64,000 nucleotides of DNA, taken from Bradymonadia bacterium. Lineage in GTDB: Bacteria; Myxococcota_A; Bradymonadia; UBA7976; UBA1532. Every line of letters starts with the position of its first letter. Positions within the stretch are counted from its first letter, which is position 1. Both the position numbers and the translations under genes were made by a program. Of the stretch, positions 49,255 to 59,591 are shown piece by piece. Where the stretch lies: the NCBI GenBank assembly GCA_049318805.1, contig JBMOFP010000002.1:9273-73272 (forward strand). Direction: 5' to 3'. The notes beneath the pieces are model-generated. The model did not search any database. It saw only the letters and a program-made list of their open reading frames with translations, and was not told the DNA's origin.

Positions 49255-51567
49255 TCAGAAGAAGTTGCCGATCGAGAACTCGAAGACCGACGACGACTCG
49301 TCTTCGTTCGGGGCGAAGGGGAAGCCCCACTCGAAGCGCAAGGGACCGATGGGCGAGAACCACCGGATGCCGAAGCCCCACGCGAACCGGAGCGCGTCGA
49401 TCTTGTCGGCGAAGGGGTCGGCGCGGTTGAAGGCGTTACCGCCGTCGGCAAAGACCACGCCGCGGATGCCGACGGTCTGGAAGATGGGGAACTCGTACTC
49501 GGCGTTCATCAGCATCTGCTGCGTGCCGCCGATGTTCTGGTCGATGGTGCCGCTGTCGGGTCGGATGGAGTCGAAGACCGAGATGGTGGGCCCGAGGCTG
49601 TTGCGGATGAAGCCGCGGACGGTCAGCGGTCCGCCGACGAAGTAGCGCTCGAAGATCGGCACGCCCGTGCGCGAAGGGCTCGTGATCATGCCGAGCTCCA
49701 GGTTCAGCTTCAGGACCATGTCGAGGGTGAGGTCCTGGTAGAAGCGGATGCGCCCCGTGTAACGCGTGAACTCGTTGTCGGAGCCGAGCACCTCGTTCGC
49801 CTCCTCGACACTCACGAGGCCGAAGAGGCCGTCGCTGGGGAAGAGGCGGTTGTTGCGGGTGTCGTAGATCAGGCTGCCGCGCAAGCTGCTCGTGAGGCCG
49901 TCCGAGTAGAGGTTCGCGATGGGCGGGGCCGAGCTCGCGCCGAAGCCCCCGGCGCTCACGCTCACGTCCTCCAGGGTGTAGGTCATCGCGACGCTCCAGT
50001 CGTCGTCGAGCGGGTAGCCGAAGGTGAGGCTGCCGCCGAGCGAGTTGCGCGTGAAGTCCTCGAAGTTCGTCTCGTAGCGGTAGACGTCGGCCGCGAACCG
50101 GATCTTCGTGTCGAAGAAGTAATTGTCCGCGAACTGCACGTTCGCGATGGTCCGGATCTTCGACAGCGTGGCCTGCAACGACAGGGTCTGGCCGCGTCCG
50201 AAGAGGTTGTTCTGAGCGACCTGGGCCTGGGCCACGAAGCTCTCGACGGAGCTGAAACCGGCGCCGACCTGGAAGGTGCCGGTCGCCTTTTCCTTGATCT
50301 CGACCACGACGTCCATGAGGTCGTCGGCCGCGCCGCGGCTCGTGTTCAGCTCGACGGTCTCGAAGTAGCCGAGCCGCTGGACGAGCTGCTTCGAACGCTT
50401 GAGGCCCGTGGAGCTGTAGTACTCGCCCTCGTAGATGCGCAGCTCTCGCCGGATGACCTTGTCGCGGGTGCGCGAGTTGCCCACGACCGTGATGCGCCCG
50501 AAGCGGACCTTCTTGCCCTTCTCGATCTCGAGGATGAGCGAGACGGTCTTCTTCTCGGGGTCCACGTTCGTATTGGGCACGACGTTGACGTAGGCGTAGC
50601 CCTCGTCCTTGTAGAGCTCGCCGATGGCGTTGATCGTGTCGCGGAGCTGGGTGCTCGAGAACCATTCCCCGCTCTCGAGCTCCACGAGCTTGCGCAGCTC
50701 CTCCTTCGGCCGGAGGAAGTCGCCCGTGAGGTCGATCTCGGCGGTGCGGTAGCGCTCGCCTTCCTCGACCGTGACCATGAGGTAGATCTCGGTCTTGTCG
50801 GGGCTCAGCTCGACCTTGGGTGTGCCGACGCGCGCGGTGACGTAGCCCTTGTCGTAGTAGAACTGGCTGATGCGCATGGTGTCGCGCTCGAAGGCCTCGG
50901 CCTTGTAGCTGCCGGCCTGCGAAAGGAACTCGAGGAAGCCGCCTTCGCGGGTCTCGAGGTTCTCCTTGATCTCGGCATCCGAGAGGGCCTCGTTCCCCAC
51001 GATGGTGATGCGCGCGACCTTGACCTCTTGCTTCTCGACGACCCGGAAGACGACGTCCACCTCGTTGTCGGGGAGCGTCACCGTCGACCAGGTGACCTCG
51101 GCGAGGAAGAAGCCCTTCTCCGTGTAGAGGTCTCGCAGCTTCTCGGCGTTCCGATTGACCCGGGCCAGGTCGAGCACGCCGAACTCCTTGAGGTCGACGA
51201 CCTCCTTGAGCTCGTCTTCGTCCAGCTCTTCGTTGCCCTCGAACTTCACGGCGCGGATGGAGGCCTTCTCCGTGAGGAGGAAGGTGAGCACGTTGCGCCC
51301 CTCGACCTCGCTCAGATCCGCCTGCACGTCGGTGTAGAGGCCGAGCTGGAAGATGGCGCGGAGGTCGGACTGCAAGCGGCCGCGCTCGAGGGTCGCCCCC
51401 GCCCGGGTTGCGACCACCGAGAGCACGGCCTCGGCCTCACTCCGCCGGTTGCCCTTGACCTCGACCCGATCGACGGCGCTCCCGTAGCCCACCTCGGCCT
51501 GGGCCGCCGGAGCCGCCACGACGACGAGCGACAGGCTCGCGAGCAGCATGAAGGCGAGGCGAATCAT
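49255..51567 (-). CDS. bamA: outer membrane protein assembly factor BamA
   Basis: Signal peptide, five POTRA-like segments, C-terminal Omp85 barrel ending FSIGNFF. Confidence 0.85.
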   Translation of the reverse strand: MIRLAFMLLASLSLVVVAAPAAQAEVGYGSAVDRVEVKGNRRSEAEAVLSVVATRAGATLERGRLQSDLRAIFQLGLYTDVQADLSEVEGRNVLTFLLTEKASIRAVKFEGNEELDEDELKEVVDLKEFGVLDLARVNRNAEKLRDLYTEKGFFLAEVTWSTVTLPDNEVDVVFRVVEKQEVKVARITIVGNEALSDAEIKENLETREGGFLEFLSQAGSYKAEAFERDTMRISQFYYDKGYVTARVGTPKVELSPDKTEIYLMVTVEEGERYRTAEIDLTGDFLRPKEELRKLVELESGEWFSSTQLRDTINAIGELYKDEGYAYVNVVPNTNVDPEKKTVSLILEIEKGKKVRFGRITVVGNSRTRDKVIRRELRIYEGEYYSSTGLKRSKQLVQRLGYFETVELNTSRGAADDLMDVVVEIKEKATGTFQVGAGFSSVESFVAQAQVAQNNLFGRGQTLSLQATLSKIRTIANVQFADNYFFDTKIRFAADVYRYETNFEDFTRNSLGGSLTFGYPLDDDWSVAMTYTLEDVSVSAGGFGASSAPPIANLYSDGLTSSLRGSLIYDTRNNRLFPSDGLFGLVSVEEANEVLGSDNEFTRYTGRIRFYQDLTLDMVLKLNLELGMITSPSRTGVPIFERYFVGGPLTVRGFIRNSLGPTISVFDSIRPDSGTIDQNIGGTQQMLMNAEYEFPIFQTVGIRGVVFADGGNAFNRADPFADKIDALRFAWGFGIRWFSPIGPLRFEWGFPFAPNEDESSSVFEFSIGNFF

Positions 51568-52268
51568 GCCTGCACCCCGCTGCGCGCGTCGAAGTGCTCC
51601 AGTCGCCCCTCGACCATGCGCAGGCAACGCGGCGCACGCGCGGCCAGGTCGCGGTTGTGCGTGACGATGAGCATCGAGGTGTTCTGCTCCGTGACCAACT
51701 CGGCGAACAGGCCGTGTATGCCTTCACTCGTGGCGCTGTCCAGGTTCCCGGTCGGTTCGTCGGCCAGGAGCAAGGCGGGGCGACCCACGAGCGCTCGGGC
51801 GAGCGCGACCCGCTGCTGTTCGCCGCCCGACAGCTCGCCGGGGCGGTGGTTCAGGCGCGACCCGAGGCCGACCCGCACGAGGAGTCGCTCGGCCTCTTCG
51901 GCCGCCTCACGGCGAGGGCGACGCGCGATGAGCAAGGGCATCATCGCGTTCTCGAGCGCACTGAACTCCGGCAGGAGATGGTGGAACTGGAACATGAAAC
52001 CCAGGGTCTTGTTCCGCACCGCCGCCACCTGGGACTCGGACATCTTCGCGACGGACTGACCGGCGATGCGCACATCCCCGCTGCTCGGCGCCTCGAGCGC
52101 GCCGAGCACGTGCAGGAGCGTGCTCTTGCCCGCGCCGGACAGCCCCACGACGGCGACCTGCTCGCCCGGGACGATGGTGATGTCCACGCCGCGGAGCACG
52201 TCGATGCGGTGGCCTTCGTGCATGAAGTGCTTGTGCACGTCGAGGGCCTCGAGGACGGGCGCGCTCAT
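51564..52268 (-). CDS. lolD: lipoprotein-releasing system ATP-binding protein LolD
   Basis: Walker A GLSGAGKST, LSGGEQQRVALARAL, LLADEPTG. ATGA overlaps with bamA and lolC/E. The first 246 residues of the track ORF are an artefact. Confidence 0.85.
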   Translation of the reverse strand: MSAPVLEALDVHKHFMHEGHRIDVLRGVDITIVPGEQVAVVGLSGAGKSTLLHVLGALEAPSSGDVRIAGQSVAKMSESQVAAVRNKTLGFMFQFHHLLPEFSALENAMMPLLIARRPRREAAEEAERLLVRVGLGSRLNHRPGELSGGEQQRVALARALVGRPALLLADEPTGNLDSATSEGIHGLFAELVTEQNTSMLIVTHNRDLAARAPRCLRMVEGRLEHFDARSGVQA

Positions 52269-53887
52269 TCCATCACCAGTCCCTGGACGGGCTTCAGCCG
52301 CGCGGCATAGCGCGCGGGGTGGAGCGTGGACAGAACGCTGATGAGCTGCGCCACCACCATGATCGTCAGGACGTCTCGCAGACGGACGTCCACGGGAATG
52401 CTGGGCAGGTAGTAGACGGAGCCGTCCATGGGCAGCTCGAGGGCGGACAGGCCAAGCCCGAGGCTGACACCGCACGCGGCGCCGAGCACCGCGCCGATGG
52501 CGCCCGTGAACGCCCCCTGAGCCATGAAGATGCGGAGGATGGACCCGGGCGGCGCGCCGATGGCGTTGAGGATGGCGATCTGGCGACGCCGGCCGCGAAT
52601 GGCGATGAGGAGCGTGAGGGTGATGGCGAAGGCCGCGAGCAGGATGTTCATCGACAAGACGAGGAACATCGCGATCTTCTCCAGCTCCAGGGCCGAGAAC
52701 AGGTTGCGGTTGAGCTGCTGCCAGTCGCTGACACGCACCCGGTCGCCGAGCGCGGCTTGCAGTCGGTCGCGCACCTCCCGCGCCTGGTCGAGGTCGCGAA
52801 CGCGGATCTGGACCGCCCCGGCCACGTCCCCCAGACCCAGGTAACGCTGTGTCGCGTCGAGGCTCGCGTAGGCGAAGCGTGTGTCGAACTCGAGCATGCC
52901 GCTCTCGAACCACCCCGCCAGTCGGAACGGACGGCTGCGCGGCACGGGTCCGTTCGGCCCCAGGTCGCCCTGCGGCGAGATCACGTTCAGCGACTCGCCG
53001 GGCCACAGGCCCAGGTTTCGACGGAGCTCGGTGCCGAGCAGCACCGTGGGCGCGACCTCGACCTTACGGAGCACCGGAGACGGCAGCGCCATGCCGGCGG
53101 CCTCGAGCTCCGGATCGGCGGGGGGCTCGGGGGCCGGCGCGTCCCGGAGCTGCGCCTCGAGGTCGGCGATGCGCTGCTCGAGGTCACGTTGTCGGACGTC
53201 CGGGTCGTTGCGGAGCGCCGGGTGCTTGCGCAGGTCGAAGGGCTGCACACGGCCGGGCTCGTCCAGGCTCTCGAGCTCGCCCTCCTGGACGATGAAGGGG
53301 AGGCGATTCGCCTGACCGACGGTCGAGACCTCGATGCCCTTGAGCAGCGCGGGTTGCAGGTTCGTGCGTGAGGTCAACATGACCTCGGTCTGGAGGTAGG
53401 GGGTCGCCCCCACGACGTCTCGGTCCTCGCGCGCGCGCTCTGCCAGGGCGCGGTAGTCCTCGAGGTAGTCCCCCATGCGGCCGGCCTCGATGACCACGTG
53501 GGCCTGCGTGTCGATGATCTTGGTGCGCAGGTCGGCCTGGAAGCCGTTCATCACACCCAGGACCAGGATCACGACCATGACGCCGATGGCCACCATGAAG
53601 GCGCTGAACGCGCTGAACGCGGTGAGGAAGGTGTTCAGGAGACCGAAGAGCGCGACGCTCGCGCCGAGGGCGACAAAGCCGCCTCCGACGCCCAGGAAGA
53701 TGCGCCCGGCATCGGAGCCTCCGCCGAACACGGCGGACGCCACGTCGCCCCCCTGGAGGTGGCTCGCGGCCCACACGACGGCCGCGCCGAAGAGGGCGAG
53801 CGCGAGACCCACGGCGAGCACACCCGGCCGGCGCCGCGCGCGCAGCAGGTAGCGCCAGCCTACGAAGCGCTCGAACGCTGCCGTCAC
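52265..53887 (-). CDS. lolC: lipoprotein-releasing system permease LolC/E (FtsX family)
   Basis: MacB-like periplasmic domain plus C-terminal FtsX 4-TM. N-terminal ERFVGWRYLLRARR. Confidence 0.8.
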   Translation of the reverse strand: MTAAFERFVGWRYLLRARRRPGVLAVGLALALFGAAVVWAASHLQGGDVASAVFGGGSDAGRIFLGVGGGFVALGASVALFGLLNTFLTAFSAFSAFMVAIGVMVVILVLGVMNGFQADLRTKIIDTQAHVVIEAGRMGDYLEDYRALAERAREDRDVVGATPYLQTEVMLTSRTNLQPALLKGIEVSTVGQANRLPFIVQEGELESLDEPGRVQPFDLRKHPALRNDPDVRQRDLEQRIADLEAQLRDAPAPEPPADPELEAAGMALPSPVLRKVEVAPTVLLGTELRRNLGLWPGESLNVISPQGDLGPNGPVPRSRPFRLAGWFESGMLEFDTRFAYASLDATQRYLGLGDVAGAVQIRVRDLDQAREVRDRLQAALGDRVRVSDWQQLNRNLFSALELEKIAMFLVLSMNILLAAFAITLTLLIAIRGRRRQIAILNAIGAPPGSILRIFMAQGAFTGAIGAVLGAACGVSLGLGLSALELPMDGSVYYLPSIPVDVRLRDVLTIMVVAQLISVLSTLHPARYAARLKPVQGLVME

Positions 53888-53892
53888 TGGGT

Positions 53893-55395
53893 TCAGACCT
53901 CGGGACGCAGCAGCGGGAAGAAGATGACCTCGCGAATCGAGGGCTGATTCGTCAGCAGCATGACGAGACGATCGATGCCGATGCCCTCGCCGGCCGTCGG
54001 CGGCATGCCGTACTCGAGGGCACGGATGAAGTCGTCGTCCATGGGGTGCGCCTCTTCATCGCCTTTGTCACGCTGGCCACCCTGCGCGACGAAGCGCTCG
54101 TGCTGGTCGACGGGGTCGTTGAGCTCGGAGAAGGCGTTGGCGATCTCGCGACCCGCACAGTAGAGCTCGAACCGATCCACGAGGCGCGGGTTCGAGTCCT
54201 TCTTCCGAGACAGGGGCGATACGTCGAGCGGGAAGTCGGTCACGAAGGTGGGCTGAATCAGAAGGTGCTCGGCCGCGGCCTCGAAGACCGCCATCTGCAG
54301 GTAGCCGAGCGGCATGTCGGCGGCCTTCCCGATGTGGAACCGCGCCGCCGCCTCGAGCAGAGTCGCCCGGTCGTCGACCAGCTCGGCCGGCACGCCGGCG
54401 TGCTGAATCAGGCCCTCGTAAACGCTCAGTCGGCGGAAGGGCCGCGCGAAGTCGAGCGTGTGGTCGCCGTAGGCGATCTGCTCCTTGCCGTGCAGGTGGA
54501 CACACAGGCCGTTCAGGAGCGTCTCGGTGAGCTCCATCAGGTCTTCGTAGTTCGCGAAGGCCTCGTAGAACTCGAGGGCCGTGAACTCCGGGTTGTGCTG
54601 TGTGGAGATGCCCTCGTTGCGGAAGTTCCGGTTCAGCTCGAAGACCCGGTGCAGCCCGCCGACCACGAGGCGCTTCAGGTTGAGCTCGGGGGCGATGCGC
54701 ATGAAGAGCCGCATGTCGAGCGCGTTGTGGTGCGTCACGAAGGGCTTCGCCGCGGCCCCGCCGTAGATGCTCTGAAGCATCGGCGTCTCGACCTCGAGAT
54801 AGTCGCGGTCCTCGAAGAAGCGCCGGATGTACGAGACGATGCGGCTGCGCGCCTGGAACGTGCGCCGCACCTCTTCGTTGACGATCAGGTCGACGTAGCG
54901 CTGCCGGTACCGCGTGGAGACGTCCGTCAAGCCGTGCCACTTCTCGGGCAACGGCCGCAGGCTCTTCGTGAGGACGCGGAGCGCGGTGGACTTCACCGAG
55001 AGCTCGCCGCGCCGAGTGCGCATCATCGTGCCCTCGATGCCCACGATGTCGCCCACGTCCACGAGCTCGATGCGCTCGAGGTCGGCGGCCGTGAGGCCAT
55101 CCTGGAAGAGGTTGGCCTGAATCTGCCCCGAGCGGTCCGCGACCACGAAGAAGACGAGCTTGCCCATCCGGCGGATCGCCATGACGCGGCCCGCGATGGC
55201 GACCTGGACCGCGAGGCGGTCGAGGGTCTCCAGGTCCTGCTCGCCGTGCGCCGCGTGCAGCGCTCCCGCGAGGTGCGTCACACGAAAGTCGTTCGCGTAG
55301 GGGTCGTCTCCGCGGGCGCGGAGCGCGTCGGCCTTGGCGCGACGCTGCGTGATGATGGTGTCTTCCACGGCGGTTTCTCCGGGCGTCGGACCCAC
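53893..55395 (-). CDS. lysS: lysine--tRNA ligase (class II)
   Basis: N-terminal OB anticodon-binding domain. Class II motifs (FRNEG, GGLDRV-like GGAAAKPF, GIGIDRL). Confidence 0.85.
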   Translation of the reverse strand: MGPTPGETAVEDTIITQRRAKADALRARGDDPYANDFRVTHLAGALHAAHGEQDLETLDRLAVQVAIAGRVMAIRRMGKLVFFVVADRSGQIQANLFQDGLTAADLERIELVDVGDIVGIEGTMMRTRRGELSVKSTALRVLTKSLRPLPEKWHGLTDVSTRYRQRYVDLIVNEEVRRTFQARSRIVSYIRRFFEDRDYLEVETPMLQSIYGGAAAKPFVTHHNALDMRLFMRIAPELNLKRLVVGGLHRVFELNRNFRNEGISTQHNPEFTALEFYEAFANYEDLMELTETLLNGLCVHLHGKEQIAYGDHTLDFARPFRRLSVYEGLIQHAGVPAELVDDRATLLEAAARFHIGKAADMPLGYLQMAVFEAAAEHLLIQPTFVTDFPLDVSPLSRKKDSNPRLVDRFELYCAGREIANAFSELNDPVDQHERFVAQGGQRDKGDEEAHPMDDDFIRALEYGMPPTAGEGIGIDRLVMLLTNQPSIREVIFFPLLRPEV

Positions 55396-55689
55396 GAGGG
55401 CGGCGCACCCTAGCCGCCGATGGGCGCAGGATCAAGCGCGTCGGCTTCCACAGGTTCGCCCGAGTTATCCACAGGGCCCGGATGCAACGGCGTCGTGGCG
55501 CGTCGTGTCATCGGTTGTGTGAGTTGTGGGGGTCTCGAGTCGCGTGCTGCGCCAAAAACGCAGTCGATTCAAGGACTTCGACCACGGAATGCGGTCTTGC
55601 GGCGCCCGGGGATTCCGTGACGCATTCGAGGCGGCCGCGAAGCTGTGGGGGCTTCTGTGGAAAGCCTGTGGATAAGATTGTGGAAAGAA

Positions 55690-56833
55690 TCAGTCGACGT
55701 CGGTGACGTCGTTGGCCTGCGCGGCTTCGCCCGCGTGCATCAACAGGAAGGCGTGGAGCGCCGACTCCAGGTCGCCATCGAGGAAGCCGCGTGTGTCGCT
55801 CGTAGACCACCCGGTACGGAGGTCCTTCACCATCTGGTAAGGGTGCAGGACATAGCTGCGAATCTGACTTCCGAAGTCGATTTTCGCTTTGCCCGCGTAG
55901 AGGGCGTCGCGCTCCTCGGCCCGCTTCTGCAGCTCGGCCTCGTACAGCTTCGCCTTCAGCAGCTTCATCGCCTTGTCGCGGTTCTTGTGCTGGCTGCGCT
56001 CGGCCTGGCACGCGACGACGATGCCCGACGGAAGGTGGGTGAGGCGCACCGCGCTGTCCGTCTTGTTGACGTGCTGACCGCCCGCGCCGCTGGACCGGTA
56101 GGTGTCGACCCGGAGGTCGCCGTCCTTGATTTCGATGTCGATGCTGTCGTCGAGCTCGGGCAGCACACCCACGCTCGCGAAGCTCGTTTGGCGGCGTTTG
56201 TTCGAGTCGAAGGGCGAGATGCGCACGAGTCGATGCACGCCGTTTTCGGCCTTCAGGTAGCCGAACGCGTTCTCGCCCTCGACGCGGAGCGTGCAGCTCT
56301 TGATGCCGGCCTCGTCACCGACGTGTTCGTCGGTCAGCTCGACCTTCCAGCCCTCTCGCTCGCAGAAGCGCTGGTACATGCGCATCAGCATCTGCGCCCA
56401 GTCCTGGCTCTCGGTGCCGCCGGCCCCGGCGTTGATCGCGACGAAGGCGGCCGCATGGTCGTGCTTGCCGCTGAGCATCCGCTCGAGCTCCATGTGGCGG
56501 AGCAGCCCGTCGGCCTTCACCAGCGAACCGTTCGCCTCCTCGAGAAGCTCGGCGTCGTCGGTCTCGCAATACATCTCGAGCGCGACGAGGGTGTCCTCGA
56601 CGCAGCCTTCGATCTTCGCCAGCCCGTCCAGCTGGGACTTGAAGGTGTTGCGCTCGCGCAGGAGCTCCTGGGCCTTCTCGTTGTCGTTCCAGAAGTCCGG
56701 CTGCGCGCTCAGGTGGTCGAGCTCTCCGACGCGCTCGACCTTACGCTCGGCGTCAAAGAAACCTCCGCAGGTCGAGGAGCCGGCGGCGGCAGGTCTCGAT
56801 GCGTTCGTCGAACTGATTCGGGCGCGTCGCCAT
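55690..56833 (-). CDS. prfB: peptide chain release factor 2, requiring programmed +1 ribosomal frameshift
   Basis: ORF0 is ATG 56833 through MATRPNQFDERIETCRRRLLDLRRFL to TGA at 56755..56753. The +1 frame continues DAERKVERV..YCETDD.. and includes SPF, GGQHVN. Confidence 0.85.
56745..56770 (-). promoter_or_regulatory. prfB autoregulatory +1 frameshift site (internal SD GGAGG, then CUU UGA C)
   Basis: Minus-strand sequence ctgcggaggtttctttgacgcc. The canonical RF2 recoding signal is seen directly. Confidence 0.8.
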
Positions 56834-56892
56834 GGGGCACCTCCGAGAAGCGGCGGCCCGTATAGGGCAACCGCTTTCGGGGGTCAAGACGC

Positions 56893-57423
56893 TCAATACA
56901 TCGTGATCGTGACGCCGAAGTTGAACGTGTTGAAGTCGAAGTCGTCGTAGAAGTGGCGCTGCGCGTCGGCGCCGACGCCGATGGCCAGGTCACTGTTCGC
57001 GAAGAACTCGTAGCCCGCGCCGAAGCCCGCGCCGAGTCCGGTCTGACCGTCGCCTTTCTTCGGCGAGATGTGGGCCATGCCGCCCATGGCGCGCAGGTAG
57101 AGGCCGTCGACGACGAAGACGTTCGCCCCGAGAAAGCCGGTGAAGAGGGTCGTCTCGACGTCGATCTGATTGGCGAGGCCGAGCTCGGCGTCGAGGGTGA
57201 GCATGTCGTTCACGCCGCCGCCGAGCCGAAACCGACCGTTGATGCCGACCTCGTTCTCGGCGCCCTGCACATCGGCCTTGCCGACGCCGAAGCCCACGGC
57301 ACCGCCGTAGAAGAGGCCCTTGCGGTCCCGCCACGCATCGAGCGCGTGGGCCGAGGTGGCCGCGAAGGTGAGCACGAGCGCGACGGCGGGGGCGAGGAGA
57401 CGGGGGCGGTTCGAGGGGTTCAT
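56893..57423 (-). CDS. small outer-membrane beta-barrel protein
   Basis: Signal peptide with AHA cleavage site, Gly/aromatic-rich amphipathic strands, C-terminal ITMY. Confidence 0.55.
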   Translation of the reverse strand: MNPSNRPRLLAPAVALVLTFAATSAHALDAWRDRKGLFYGGAVGFGVGKADVQGAENEVGINGRFRLGGGVNDMLTLDAELGLANQIDVETTLFTGFLGANVFVVDGLYLRAMGGMAHISPKKGDGQTGLGAGFGAGYEFFANSDLAIGVGADAQRHFYDDFDFNTFNFGVTITMY

Positions 57424-57463
57424 GTCAGACCTCCAAAGGAAGAGCGTTTCGTCCGATTGGACG

Positions 57464-58834
57464 TCAGCGCACGGCAGAGAAATTCAAAACGGCCCAACCC
57501 CCGGGTGCGAGATTCACCTCGGCGTCCCGCGAGTAGCCGGCGATCTGCACGCGCACCCGCTGCTTACCGGCCGGCAGCCGCACGCGGTGCACGTCGAAAC
57601 GCGCCGGAAGCGTGACCCACGAGCGGGTGTCGGGGGTGTCGAGGGCGGTCATCGTGCCCTCGGCGACCAGGCCGAGGAGCAGGCCGACGGTCCCGTCCCC
57701 GGCCGCGCGGCTGGCTGCGGCCTGGGTGAGCTCACCGGCCACCGCACGGGCGAGCAGACGGACGATCGCGGCGGCGATGAGACCCCCCTCGATCTTCTGG
57801 AACGACGCGATGACTCGGGCCTCGACGTTCAGGGCCTCCCCCATGGTCTCGACGGGGCCGTCGTTCACCTGAATCATCGTGCGTGGCGGCCCCTGCCGCG
57901 TGGTCCGTTGGAGGCGGGGGTAGTTGACCCACTTCATCAGGCCCTTGGCCGCGAAGGTGTTGGCCTGCCGTTGCTGAGACGCGCTGAGCCGCGCCCCGGG
58001 GCCCGGGTGGCTGGCCGCCACGACCGCTGCGCCGATGGGCAAACGCTCGGGCTGGCGATAGGGCGCCATGCCGACCTGAACGACCACGAGCAGCTCGGCC
58101 TGCTGAGGGTCGTCCGGCGCCACCTCGGTGGGTGATTCCAGGACCGCCTTCAAGCGCTGGTCCGTTGCGCCCGACCGCGCCGCGAGGCGCCGTGCGACAC
58201 CGTCGAGGCCGGGCACGCCACCGTCCTCGGCCGCATCGCCGTAGTGTCGCATCGCGGCCTGGGCGTCCCCGTCCATCTCGAAGGAGAAGCCCGCGAGGTA
58301 GCTGCCGAAGGCCAACATCGAGCGGTCTTCGGCGTCCCCATTCTCGAAGTACTTACGATTGACCAGATAGCGCCTGGCCTCGACCTTGGCCCCGCCCAGT
58401 TCGCCGCGAACGAGGTAGTTGAGGCCGTTCATCGTGTTGACGAGCAGCTTCTCGTAGGGCGGGGCGCGGTAGTTCTGGGCGTCGTCGGAGTACAGGTACT
58501 TGCCGATGTCTCCGGCGGTGTCGTTGGTGAAGTCGAGGACCTCGAGCTGCTTGTCGGCGGTCTCGAAGTCGCGGGCGGAGAGGTCGTGACGCCCCATGGC
58601 CTGCAGAATCGTCGCCCGCTCGAGCAGCAAGAGCGGCGTGTCGGCCTTGGGCTTCGGGAGGTCCTCCGGGCGGGTGACCTCCATCGCCTTGTTCACCGCG
58701 ACGAGGGCCTGCTCCGGCTTGCCCTGATTCAGGGAGCGACGGAACGCCTCACTGGTCGAGGCGTATCCGCCGCAGCCCGTGACGAGCAGCGCGAGGATGG
58801 CCCAGGCGACGACGAAGGTGAGGCTGCGAGCCAT
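57464..58834 (-). CDS. lipoprotein of unknown function (helical-repeat N-terminus)
   Basis: Lipobox LVTGCGG. 456 aa. No catalytic motif. Adjacent to the LpoB-like gene. Confidence 0.45.
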   Translation of the reverse strand: MARSLTFVVAWAILALLVTGCGGYASTSEAFRRSLNQGKPEQALVAVNKAMEVTRPEDLPKPKADTPLLLLERATILQAMGRHDLSARDFETADKQLEVLDFTNDTAGDIGKYLYSDDAQNYRAPPYEKLLVNTMNGLNYLVRGELGGAKVEARRYLVNRKYFENGDAEDRSMLAFGSYLAGFSFEMDGDAQAAMRHYGDAAEDGGVPGLDGVARRLAARSGATDQRLKAVLESPTEVAPDDPQQAELLVVVQVGMAPYRQPERLPIGAAVVAASHPGPGARLSASQQRQANTFAAKGLMKWVNYPRLQRTTRQGPPRTMIQVNDGPVETMGEALNVEARVIASFQKIEGGLIAAAIVRLLARAVAGELTQAAASRAAGDGTVGLLLGLVAEGTMTALDTPDTRSWVTLPARFDVHRVRLPAGKQRVRVQIAGYSRDAEVNLAPGGWAVLNFSAVR

Positions 58835-58856
58835 GGCGGTGGTCCGCGTCCGCGCC

Positions 58857-59471
58857 TTACTTGATCAGGCCCTTGGTGAGCTCCGCCTTGTTCTGCCAGC
58901 GGATGGCCCCGGTCTCGACGTCGACGACCTGCATGTAGAGGAAGTACTGAATCCGGCGCTCGCCGTCGGTCTTCTCGTCGGCCGCCGACATCTTGCCGGT
59001 GACGAAGTAGCCGGCGCCGAGCTGCTTGCCGAGCTGTGAAGCCTTGTCCTGGTCGAAGGCCGCGGACTGCTGGAGCTTGAGCTCCTCGATGAGCTGAATC
59101 TGCCGCTCACGGCTGATGACCGTGACCGAGCCGCTGTTCACGAGCTCCGTCTCGAAGTCCGCGAGCAGCGCGTTGAGCTGGTCGTCCACGTGCTCCGTGG
59201 TGTCGTTCTTCACGGGGAAGATGGCGACCGTGGCCTCTTTGCCGTCTCGCGCCGCGTCCTTCCAGCGGGTCATCGCCGCGCTGTTGAGCAGGCTCTGGAT
59301 GTTGTCCTTGAAGAGCTTCTGGAGGTCGACCTTGTCGAGCCCGGTCGACATGACGGCCTTGTCCAGCTCGGGCACGTCCGAGCCCCGGACGTAGCTCGGG
59401 CCTCCGCAGGCGGAGACGAGCGCGGTGAGGACGGCGAGAGGGAGCAGAGAGCGGATCTTCATGCGGTTCAT
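58857..59471 (-). CDS. LpoB-like lipoprotein (COG3417, penicillin-binding protein activator family)
   Basis: Lipobox LVSACGG. VAIFPVKNDTTEHVDD..SGSVTVISRE..QQSAAFD..GAGYFVTGKM resembles the LpoB core. Confidence 0.45.
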   Translation of the reverse strand: MNRMKIRSLLPLAVLTALVSACGGPSYVRGSDVPELDKAVMSTGLDKVDLQKLFKDNIQSLLNSAAMTRWKDAARDGKEATVAIFPVKNDTTEHVDDQLNALLADFETELVNSGSVTVISRERQIQLIEELKLQQSAAFDQDKASQLGKQLGAGYFVTGKMSAADEKTDGERRIQYFLYMQVVDVETGAIRWQNKAELTKGLIK

Positions 59472-59591
59472 CCTGGGTGACGTTGCGGTCGGGTCCGACA
59501 GCGGCGGAGCATAGGAAGGGCGCGGGCCTCGAGCAAGGGACGCCCGAGAATCGCTCGATATTCAACCCGCGTCGGTGCGCGGATTGGACCG

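Noticed and set aside
51564-53006. 480-aa ORF extending lolD upstream
   Set aside because: Only the last 234 aa match LolD. A proper ATG at 52268 overlaps the lolC/E stop (ATGA). The upstream extension overlaps lolC/E out of frame.
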